Below, piece after piece: positions 26,101 to 38,100 of a stretch of 64,000 nucleotides of DNA (within the stretch, counting starts at the first letter, position 1; the number at the start of each line of letters is the position of its first letter). The DNA comes from Chiloscyllium plagiosum. Its lineage: Eukaryota. The notes below the pieces were generated by a model, which was not told the origin of the DNA, did not search any database, and was given only the letters and a program-made list of their open reading frames with translations. The position numbers and the translations under genes were made by a program. The stretch is from positions 7,223,906 to 7,287,905 of the forward strand of contig NC_057754.1 of the NCBI RefSeq assembly GCF_004010195.1. Reading direction: 5' to 3'.

Positions 26101-29100
26101 AATGCTTGCTTTAAATGCCTCACCCAAACAGTGTTGGCTTGGCATAGGCAATCTTATTGTTCCCACGTCCAGCCAGCAGGATTCTCACAAAGCTTCCAGC
26201 GCCACTGGGAAGGACCAGAGCTCACTGTTGTAACACAATGTGATCGAGTTCAGTACAGAGGAACCTGAATTATCCAAAGCACACAGGCGGGGAGTATTTC
26301 CTTCAGATAACCGAATGCCGGATAACAGCTTGATCTTGCCAGACAATCTGATATTTGGATAATCAAATGCCAGATAATCAAAGTTCCTCTGTAATCAGTT
26401 TTATCATCCCAGAAAGGTGCATAGAAGGGTACATTCCCTCCCTCCTCCCCCTCCCCCAGCATCCATGAAGAGGGACTCATCTTCCTTTCCAGGGGGTGCA
26501 AGTGTGTGAGGGGCAGAGCAGGAGAAGATCTGTGTGTGGGCTGTAGGGGTCACTGTGTATTTGTGGGGGGTGCGGAGGGGAGGAAAAGAGGGAAGGCAGC
26601 ACATGTGTATGTCTGTGCGCATGTATGTGAGTGCGCAAATACGTACCCGGGGTTCTCGTGCAAAGGTGCATGTTTGGGGTATGGGTGACACATGTGGACA
26701 GCATGTGCAGGGATGCATGGAGGTCGTGGGGTGTGTAAGTGGGTGTGGGCCCAGGGCATGTACAGGGTTGCAAGTGCCAGGTGCAGGTAATGTAAGGTGC
26801 TTATGAACCTGCAAATGTGTGCTTGCATTCAAGCCCTGTATCACTCTGAGTTTGCCTGAAGGTCACAAACCTGGCAGGGTTCTGTGGAGAAAAGGGAATA
26901 CTGAGCGAGCAGCAAGCTGTATCGTGGTAGGCATCCAGCAGCCCTTGCCGGTCTGTTGAATCATAAACCGAATAGTACCTACAAAGGGAAGAACAACAAA
27001 GTCAGGGAGTGGCAACAAAGTGGCAACAGTCAGCTTGGTTTGGATTATTGAAGTCTCTGATATCCCAAAGTGACACTGAACAGTTCACACTAGCTGCTGT
27101 CTCACTCATTCTTTGGTCTAAAATGAGGTGCTAAATGAATGAGAGACAGGAGGCTGACTTGTCTGCAGACTACTTTGTATCAGGAGCTGGGCAGACAGAG
27201 CAATCAATTGTAATAAACTCTCCAACACAAGGAGTACCTACTCTTGATAGACAAGCCACTTTTGGAAGGATGTTGTGAAACTTGAAAGGGTTCAGAAAAG
27301 ATTTACAAGGAGGTTGCCAGGGTTGGAGGGTTTCAGCTATAGAGGGAAGCTGAATAGGCTGGGGCTGTTCTCCCTGGAGCATCGGAAGCTGAGGGGTGAC
27401 CTTATAGAGGTTTCTAAAATCATGAGGGCATGGATAGGATAAATAGACAAAGTCTTTTCCCTGGGGTTGGGGAGTCCAGAACTAGAGAGCATAGGTTTAG
27501 GGTGAGAGGGGAAAGATATAGAAGGGACCTAAGGGGCAATATTTTCATGTAGAGGGTGGTACGTGTATGGAATGAGCTGCCAGAGGAAGTGGCGGAGGCT
27601 GGTACAATTGCAACATTTAAAAGGCATCTGGATGGGTACATGGATAGGAAGGGTTTAGGGGGATATGAGCCAATTGTTGGCAAATGGGACTAGATTAGAT
27701 TGGGATATCTGGTCGGCATGGACGAGTTGGACGGTCTCTGTGCTGTACGTCTCTATGACTCTATTTAACCTGATATATCAACTCTAAAGATACATGAATC
27801 CATAAATCATTTTATGAAAAACATTTCTTCTTCTGGGACTTTGATCCCTTTCTTATATTTTATTTATTTTCCACAAAGGGAGACAGACCACCTGAAAGAC
27901 TTCAAACACAGAAGAGACTAGACAGAGTTCAGACCTTTGTTTTGTTGCTCAGTAATTCTCCAGACTGCAAACTATTTTTAACTGCTCTACTCAGCATGCA
28001 CGTGTTGCCTTCTGTTTTCCTTTAAGGGGAGCAGGAGGCCATTCAGCCCTTCAAGCCCGTTCAACCATTCGATGAGATCACTGATGATCTCTAGCCCAAC
28101 TCCAGATACGATCTTTGGCCCATATCCCTTATGACCTTAACTTTACAAAAATGCAGCTAGAACATAGAACATTACAGCGCTGTATAGGCCCTTTGACCCT
28201 TGATGTTGCACCAGTCTGTGAAACCAAATTGAAGCCTATCTAGCCTACATTATTCCATTTTCAGCCATATCTTTATCCAATTACCACTTAAATGCCCTTA
28301 AAGTTGGCAGGCAGTGTGTCCCACACCCCACTACTCTGAGTGAAGAAACTGCCTCTGACATCTGTTCTATATCTACCACCCCTCAATCTATAGCTATGTC
28401 CCCTCGTGCTAGGCATCACCAGAGGAAAAAGGCTCTCACTGTCCACCCTATGTAACCCTTTGATTATATGTCTCAATTAAGTCACCTCTCAACCTCCTTC
28501 TCTCTAATGAAAACCCCAAGTCCCTCAGCCTTTCCTCATAAGATCATCCCTTCATACCAACATTCTAGTAAATCTCCTCTGAACTATTCCAAAGCTTCCA
28601 CATCCTTCCTATAGCTGTGTCAGATTTAAAATTAACAACTGATCTTTCCTTCACTGCTGTTTGTGGAAGAGTGCCAAACATCTACCACTCTTTCTGTGGA
28701 CAAGTATTTCCTAACATCTCTCCTCAGTGGTCTGGCCCCAATTCTCAGAGTATGCCCCTAGTTCTGGAATCCCCCAACAGTGGAAGTGGTTTATTATCTA
28801 CCCGGTCTTTTCCTGTTTAAAAGAAACAAGGGTGCTATTCCTTTAGCTTCAGTCATGACTTAGAAGTTAACAGCTCCTTTAACACTGAAGTGTTGCGTAA
28901 TTGTCTCTTGATAGGCATATTGTGAAACATGATCTGACACTACGCCCCATAAAGAGATAAAAGGACAGGCCACCACAAGTTTGGCCAGAAACAGGTTTTA
29001 AGGACAGCTTTGGGAGGAGGTTGCAAATGTACAGAGTCAGAAGTGATAGAGATAGAGAGGTTTCAGGCTGACGTTTCAAAAGCTCACAGCAAAGGCATGG

Positions 29101-32100
29101 CTGCCAAAGTCAGAGTTACAACTGTTGACAGAACCGAGAGCTCAGAGAGCTTGGAGGAACTTTTAGAGATAATGCAAAGGGGAAAGGCCATGGAGAGATT
29201 TGAGAATTAGGGTGCATACTTTAAAATCCAGGCGTGGTCAAACTGGGAGTCAATGTAGTCATGACGACTGTAGGCCTGATGGGTGAAAAGGACTTGGAGG
29301 GAAAGGTTGTAGCCTGGGACAAGCTCAAGTCCTGCAGCCTAGAGGGCAGAGGTCAAGGGAAAGTTGGAATTGTCAAGTCTATAGACAACTAAGGCACAGA
29401 TGAGCTCCTTTAGCAGTATAAGTACAGAAATAGGGCAAGGCCTGACACTGTTATGGCAGTGGAAGCTAACAGCAACTAGGCAAAATACTGTCAACACACT
29501 TTGGTGGTGTCACATTACAAATCATCACTGGAAGTTACTGAAGCACAAGGTGACCAGACGTTTGGCTCAAAAACCTTAGCTGAAAGAGGAAAACCTCCAA
29601 GCATAAGCCACGCTGGCTCAGCAACACCCAGAGAACATCAGGAGAATGAAATCTAATGGACACATATAAATAGATATCACACCACAGTCAGGTGGACAAA
29701 CAGAAGACAGAACAAACGATCATGGAATGACAAAATACAGGCACAGCAGGTTAACCTTTGTTGTTTTTAATTTCAGATTTCTAGCTTTTTTCTTTTAAAA
29801 AAAAACAATTTTCCCTTGCTTTTGGTGAAATTGGCTCCAAGAACAAGTTGGGAATAGAAGAATGTGCTGGGTTACAATGAATAGACAAGCGGATGACACA
29901 ACTTTTAATGGACTATTGCATCCAGTTCAAATCTGAGATTCACTGTTTTAAAGCAAAGGATGGCCTGGAATTGGTCGAAAGGACAGAATTATATATGTAT
30001 CTGACAACAAAAAAATCTGTTTTTAAAAAGTTCCTTTTTCTTTATGTATAAAGATTGACACACATCTGATTGCACAGGTACTTACTGCTGTATGAATCGT
30101 GATACGAGCACTTTGATTTCATCTGTACCAAAGTAACTAGCCTGTTAAAAGAAAACAAATAGCGCATTAAACACTATATCCACACTTTACCTAGCGCTAA
30201 TAATCACCGTGATTCTTGCATACCTGACAAACTTGCTCAAAAGAACTTTGAACACAGCATATCTTCAACTTCTTACATAGTGCCTTTAAGATCTCAATAA
30301 GGAGGTGGTGTTTAGGTTAACATCACATCCAATCCAGGACGCCTGACAGTACAGCGCTCCATCAGTTGAATGCCAGAACAACAGGATAGACTTAAATATT
30401 AAGGTAGTGAGTAATACTGCATACAAGATTCTGGGTTTAAACTGAGGTTATGCGTAGCTACAAAGGCAAAGGAGTTACGATAAATTCAAATTGAAACACT
30501 AGCTCACAGTGTGGAGGAGTGTGCCTGATTTTGTTTGGTCTGGTCTCATACTCAGTCGCAACAAATTCAAATTCCACTAGGCTAGCTGAAGGGTTTTAAA
30601 TTCAATTAATTTAAACTGAAATAAAACGCTCAGCTCATGAAAAGTGATCAGGGGACCACTGCATTGTCTCAAAATAGCATCCAGTTCAAAGTTCTTCAGA
30701 ACAGGAAACCTATTGCCCTTACTCAGTCTGGCCTGCATGTGACTCCAAACCCACATCCATGTGGTTTACTCTCAAGTGCCCTTTGAAACAGTTTGCAAAG
30801 CCCCTGAGACATAGAGCTCTGACCACTAACTGCCCGAGGGGAAGAGGCAATAGACAACAACAAAAAAAAAACTGGCTTTGCCAGAGTCACTCACATCCAA
30901 GACCGAATAACAAAAAGAAAGCGCTTTCTCAAGATCACACTTTCGGGAAGGATGTTAAGGCTTTCATAAAGATACAGAATAGATCTGCCAAATTAGTTCC
31001 AAGGATAAGGAATTTCTGTTTCACAGATAGACTGGTGAGCGTGAGAGGTTGAGGAGGATGGAGCTTTGATAAATTGAAAGGGGTTTAAACAAAGGAAATG
31101 GACAGAAAATGTACCCATTGGCAGAGAAGTCAGGAACAGACTTTAACTGACTAGCAAAAGAAGTAACTGCAACATGTGTAAAAAAAGACATTTTAAATGT
31201 TGAGAGTGGTTAGGATTTGAATGCACTGTCTGAAAGTGTGCTGGCGATCTCAGTTAGAGTTAGTCAAAGTGTTCTTGCAGAGAGCTTGCATGAACATGAC
31301 AGGCCAAATGGCTCCCTTTGATACTGCAACCAATATATGATAGATGGCTTCTCTGGTACTTGCAGCAACTGACTCCTGTCTGCCCTGTAACATTCCTGCC
31401 ACCTCACCATGTGATCTGTATGCATTATGATCCCAATGCTCAAGTCTTGCTTGATGCTCAAATTTGTCATTGCTTCATTTCAGGCAAAATACTATAGAGT
31501 CTGTGAAGTACTCTATCCAAAGCCCTTGTGTTGCTCCTAGATTGTAGAATCTAACACCATACCCCAACTGGGTCATGAAATCGACTCAGCATTACCTTTT
31601 GGCCTTTGTGCACTTGATCAAATCTGCAATCTACCCAGAGGTGCTGTGTCATTGACAGTCTCACTGTCTCAACCTGCATCCACCAGATCTTCCACAACAA
31701 GGTCATTTTCAGTACAAGATATCCACTTCTATCAAAGCAGTCTATTCCTACCATACCTTGCACGAAGGAAGCGTAGTTGGAGTCTCAACGTCAAAGGAAA
31801 TGGGAGGTGGGAGTTCATGACCGTCCTATAGGTAGAAAACCACTGAGCATCAGGAGATCGCAGTATAATTCAGTCCTTTCCATTGCCAACCCACCCAAAA
31901 TTAAACAAAAGGCTTTGATATTGGCTTTGTAAAACCAGTTCTATGAAGTCTGTGATCCTGCCAATCTTGCATTGAAAGGTGAATTACAATCCAATAGTTC
32001 TAAATTAAATCAATGAAGACAAGTGGGAAATATAAATAATCACATTACAGTAAATTCAAAAAGACCTGTTTCACAATTGCACCCCACGCCCACCCCCATC

Positions 32101-35100
32101 CCACCAGTATCTTTATTTCAATTCAATTACCGCACCCAGCTCTCAGGGATACTACAAACACCGTATTAATTTCGAGAAACCAGTGAGTGATGTACTTACC
32201 AGTCTGAGTAACTTTGGAAATTTTTCCCTGACAGCACTGTCAAACATTGCAAAGAGGGAGAGAGGTGAAACAAATGAAAAGGGAAAAACATGAGAAAACT
32301 TCCACAGATGAAGAAAGTGGCCCCACATTTGCCTTCCCGCCACCCCCACGAGACGGACTAAAACAAAACCAACCTGATTCTCGAATCTTCGCTAATCTAA
32401 TCAATGTTAAATCTGGACGCTGAAGTCCAGAGAAGTTCCTTTCCCAGCCACAAGGACATTTTCTAAACAGTCCCTCACCAGGAAAGGAGCCTCAAAAAGA
32501 GGTAGGATCTATTTTGATAAAAATGGGGGAGAGTGCGAAATTTTTGGAAGTAAAATGAAATAGAACCAAAAGGATAACATTTAACATTTTGAATAGTGCT
32601 GCCTTTAGAATCGATTTTTCAGGAAGCTGGCGTTTCAGTTGAAATAAAGGTCATGCTGGTTTGTGATGAGAACTTTAACCCACATTCCACACCTTTTGTC
32701 CTGGCCTGGCATTGCACAAGTGGAACACTCTTATCAATAGCTGCCAAATGTTTGAATGGAACACGGTCAGTCAGCAGCAGGCCCCATAAACAACTCAATA
32801 GGATTACTCTCTCACATCTGCAATGCACTCACTACTCAGTAGCAACAGACCAGTGATGGCCTTTTAAGTGCTGCTCTGGAATCACTGTTTGCCACAACAG
32901 TTTGTGAAACTGCATAATTCCCTTGAGAATATAAAGCTGGCGTGGGATAATGCATACTTGCATTTGTAGCCTAACAGAAACTTGGTTCATCTTCACAGTG
33001 CTGAAAATGTGTTGCTGGAAAAGCATTCCTGAAGAAGGGCTCATGCCCGAAACGTCGATTCTCCTGCTCCTTGGATGCTGCCTGACCTGCTGCGCTTTTC
33101 CAGCAACACATTTTCAGCTCTGATCTCCAGCATCGGCAGTCCTCACTTTCACCTTCACAGTGGCAGAGTGCATGTAGGGGTGATTCAGGTTCCATGTTTT
33201 GTAGGAGATGGCACGGTCTAGGATGTGTTATTGGAAGTGATTCTGCTGCTTTGCGTCTGGACATCGGTCATAATTATGTCTAGTAATTGCCATAAATGCA
33301 TCTAAAAGATCAGAATGTTTTGAAATGCTGGAAAAATCAAGCATTAATTGGTTTTAGGTCAACAATTAAGTCTACTGGAGCAGCAAGCTTTTTGTTAGTC
33401 CTATTTAGCAACATTAAAAACACTTACAAAAGCTAAATGCGGCCAAACTTACAGCAATTGTTGAGGTAAATTACTTCTGGAAGCAGGACGAGAAAGGGTC
33501 TCTAGACAGGCACTCACACAAAGTTTCAGTGTAAAGTGAAGTTAGCTTTCATATCGCTGCACCACATTGTCTGTTACTAAAGAATCTCATTTCATTTTCA
33601 TCTGCTTCTGGATATGGGTGCAGCAGACTCATTTCTTTTTAAAGCAAGTGCCTGGAATAACTAAACTGCCCAAACAATTTTAATAATGTGGAATTTACAG
33701 CAACTTGGCGCTAGTCCACACCACATTCCAGCAGCCACACTGAATACTGAGAGACTGGAATTCATTCATTTACGAAACGAGGACACAAACTATCTTGGGA
33801 GTCATCAGCTCACGTGAATAACAGCAAAGCTAAATCTGGGATGCATGGGTGTTTACTCTTAAAAAGCCTTAGAAGGTCAACTAAAAGCAACAGTGCCTTC
33901 ATTCTCCCGCATATTCAGTTTCCGTTTACTTACCAAGCTATCACTCACCTGCGCAGAGGCGACATTTAACAGGATCAATGTTGGGAAAAGAATACCAACA
34001 CTCTGGTTAGTTGGAATTGGGTGGGGAGAAGGATTAAACCAGTGTGATATCACAGAGGTGCTAGCTATCAACTCCACCCAAATTATTACCGGACATCCGG
34101 AGGGAACAAACAAAAATTAACAATTGGTTGGCAAATCTAGATTTTTTTTTAAAAAACCTACAAGAAAGGTCTCATAAGTAGATCTCAAGAGTAACAAAAC
34201 GAGGCAAAAGCCAGTGAAACAGAGAATGATAACAAAGGCAAGGGAAGAGAACTAGGGGAAAACACAGTGGATGAGTTAGGATGAGAGTAGACTGAAGGGC
34301 TGTTGTCCAAAGAACACCTAATTATACAACCACTCATTAAAATTGGTCGTATTATATCATGACATCTTAAAATAATTTTTAAACTACTGATGTCTTGTCA
34401 AGTCTTTTGTGATAGGATTCAATGAGCTTTCCTTCCTTCCCAAAGGTTTGTTGTTAAATCGGTTCTGAAAGATATTTCAACATGCCCACAAAATTGGCAT
34501 TTTCCTTTGTCAAAAATACAGTGAATACAATGTATTGGGTGCACGATTTTCCTTCCATCAAGCTGCTTTGCCAGCCAGAAACTCAGCTAGATTCCCAATA
34601 CAGATGCAAAAGCCAGGGATCTGCCAAAGCCACATGACCACAGGCCACTACTTTGAAGGCCAATGCACGACTGTGCCTGTCTTAGGTTGTTCCTCGCTCG
34701 AGGAATCTTACCCGTCACTGGCTAACCAGTCTTCTTCACTGACCAACAAAAATCCACATCCACTTCGCAGACATAAGGACGGACACAGGCAGTGGTTCAG
34801 ATTTTCTTTTGTTTCTTCAAAATTTGATGCCAAGCAAACTGCTACTGTAGGTTTGCAATTCAAACTTCATCGGGTAAAGAGCAACTGGCTTATTACTGTG
34901 ATCAGTGGCTTTTGAGATCAATCAAAGCTTTTTAGGAATACAAGATGCTGGCTGGGAATCTTTTGGGTAAACAATAGTTTCTTGAGTCTTGAGGCATCTA
35001 GCACTTCACAACCTCTAACCACAGCATAAAAAGCACAAATTTACCTGTTGCAAATTTGAACAGGAAAAACTATACAACTAGGTGGTCTTTGGACTACGGC

Positions 35101-38100
35101 CCTCACATTCTGAGACCCTAAAGGAGACTGATTAGAAATGAATCCATGGTCTTTCACAACAAGAGTTGGGTCTACAGGGTTTTGGTAAAGCTATTACAAA
35201 CAGAATAGGTTATTAACAGCTTGCCTATGGGGAAAGATACTCACTTAGAGCATATATTTATACATGAAATATCAACACCACATCTATATTAATGGTTATG
35301 CAAAAAATAATTTTGTTATCTCCCAATATTACTGATATTCAAAGAAATTAATGAGAAAATTAGAATATTTTTAAATAGAAGTAAGTTTAAGAAAATTATA
35401 TTGTCTGTCATTTGAGGGGCTCCCTGGTACAAAACCACAGCAAGGGGTCCTTCCACTGACCTGACATATGTAGCCTGATCCCGGAAGCTGTCACACAGAG
35501 GGTTCCCATCCAACCACAGCTCTTCCAGCTTGAAGCCTTTTATTTTGTCCAGATCTCTTTCGGATTTGAGCTGAACAGAGATTTAAGTTGCATGTTCCTT
35601 AAGGTGACCACAATGATTTCACTGATATGAAAATAAAACCTTGCCTTTGCAACCTCACTCAAAATGCCTGTGCTACCTATGAACCAGAAATTTCAACTTG
35701 AGATCATTTTCCAAGAATAAGTAAACTATTTTACAAAATGAGTGCATCGCGGCCAAAAGTCCTTTCTTGAAGTATGCGACCTTCATTTTCCATAATACAA
35801 AGTGATACAGGCACTCATGAGTTACATCAATTAATTTTCTCGTAGATGCTCCGTAAAATTGCACAGCTGTATCCAGGAGTAATAGTGCGTGCATCCATCT
35901 CTTACAGAAGTACATTTTGAAAAAATCTTCTAGTGTCTTTTTCTATTAGTCTCTCAAGAACCCAAAGTTGATAAAAGTTAAAATTTATTTGCCCCAGAGT
36001 CACTGCAGCAGAGATTAAGCCCTCAGATGGCAGGATTGCTTTGAGGAGAGATCAAGGAAAGTGGATCTCTATTCTCTGGGATTTTAAAAAAGTGACTCCA
36101 CTGAAACTTATAAAATCCTTACAGGGCTTGACAGGTTAAATATATAAAGGATCTTTCCCCTGGCTGGTGAATCGAGAGGACATCATTTCATGATAAAGGG
36201 GCAGGCCATTTATAATTGAAAAGAAAGAACATTTTTGAAAAGAAATCGGTGATTCTTTGAAATTCTCTATCAGAGGGCTATGGAAGCTAATCATTAAGCA
36301 GGTTTAAGACAGAAATCAATAGGTTTCTGGAGACTAAAAACATTAAGGAATATAGTGATGATGTACGAAGATGACATTGACAAAGTGATCCTCCATTATT
36401 TAGAATTTTTATTGTTCCTAATAAAAAGCAACAGTCAAAACCAGTGAACTTTAAAAACTACCAGGGAAGGTTGGTAATTGAGAATATTGATGAATTCCTC
36501 TAACTCTGCTTCTCTGCAAGTCCAAATAACCCAATACGTCAATGCAAGTACAGAAAGCATTGTTACTATGTGACTGCATCTCATCTGATGAAGGAATTAA
36601 TGGGAATACAAAAGAATTCTTTGAGAAATCTCAAAAACAGCCCTCGGCAGAGTAGTGGTGGTGGTTTGGAGGTAGAATGGGGTGATATATTTCGATCACA
36701 GTTCATATAACAATAACAACTAAGCTTCTGGCCATTGGTGCAAACAGATACTCACCTCGTTTCTGGAAAGGTTTAAAATTTTCAAACTGGGCGCTTTGGT
36801 GATCAGGTCTGCCAGGTCATCCAGTCGGTAGAGCCTGTTATTGCCCAGGTTGAGCGAGAGTAACTGTAAAAACAAGAGGAGTCACAGCTTACAATTGTCA
36901 AACAGACAAGGGCAGAATTCTGAATAGGAGGGCTAGTGGGCAGAATTAGCCATTTTAATGAAACAATCAGCAGTGGCCTGTTAGTTCTACAGTATTGTTA
37001 CAGTCCCCAGTTAGCTATGCATTACAGTATACACAAAGCTACAGAAAGTTCCTCTGCAGTATTTTGCAAACACCAGAGGTTGGCTGCTTCAACCTTTCCA
37101 TTGTTATAGAAAATACGAATGAAGTGTTCCTCCTCCCACAATTTATACCCTGCATACCTCTGGAATGTTCTCCTCTATGATTTTGATGACTGCGTTCATG
37201 GAACTCCTTCTGTTTAACACCACTTCAATATTCTGAGAGACGAGATCTGAGCAACCAAACAATAATTGTTAGGAATCAGAAGCAGTTATTACAATTCATC
37301 CAAGGCCTATACGCAATGATGCAAATTGCCACCCAGCTTAAGGAGGGGTGGGGGGTGGGGGGGGGGGGGGCCTCGGTAAGTGCTTCTACTACCTAGTCAT
37401 TGTGTCACCCAGCCACACAATTCGTGGTCTGTGCTGGGTGAAAGGGTCTCAATCTCCACAGCATCAGCAATTCATCGAACAGTCCTCAGTTCACGAGTGA
37501 GGTGTCTTTCGATACAAGGGCGGGTGGGTCTAAAACAGGCAAACTGGATGGAAGCATTCTTATCTCTTCCAAGCCCACCGATACTGCTGCAAAAACACTA
37601 GCCCTTTCCATGAAATAATTAGCCCGGGACTCCATGAGGTGAGTTTCCAGAGCTTGAGAAAACCCATTAGGCTGAGTTAATTCAAAACACAAGATGTCGT
37701 TGCAATACTGAAATGACTAAATGGTCACCTGGAAATGAGTTGGCTGGCCACCTCCATTCAAGGGCAACAAGGGACGGGCAATAAATGCTGCCAGCCAGCA
37801 ATGCCCACATCCCACAAATGAATAAAAAAAATGAGTCAGAGCTGAGGTCTTTTGAAAAACTCAAAATATCACGTTTCGATTTGGGGGATAGGGGCAAGAG
37901 AGAGAAGTAAAATTATTTCTCAAGTGCCCGGTTTCACCTGCAATAGAACTCAGAAAATGTGAGAACTGGGTGAATAGAAGGTAAGAAGTAGGGGAAGAAA
38001 ACTGGGTAGATTGCAATGTTTTTCATGTAAGTTTTTCTTAACTATCTCAGGCAGCTTCATAGCCATAAAAAACATGGAACCTAACAGATGACAAACAAAC

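Larger units (their letters stand above)
32237..35460 (-). other. NXF1: NXF1 intron 10 (retained, CTE-bearing intron in other vertebrates), 3224 nt
   Basis: Lies between the 110-nt and 37-nt exons; non-consensus donor AG|GTCAGT; contains the CTE. Confidence 0.92.

Noticed and set aside
26404..26844. Overlapping ORFs in a GT/CA-rich stretch
   Set aside because: Low-complexity intronic sequence with no coherent protein.
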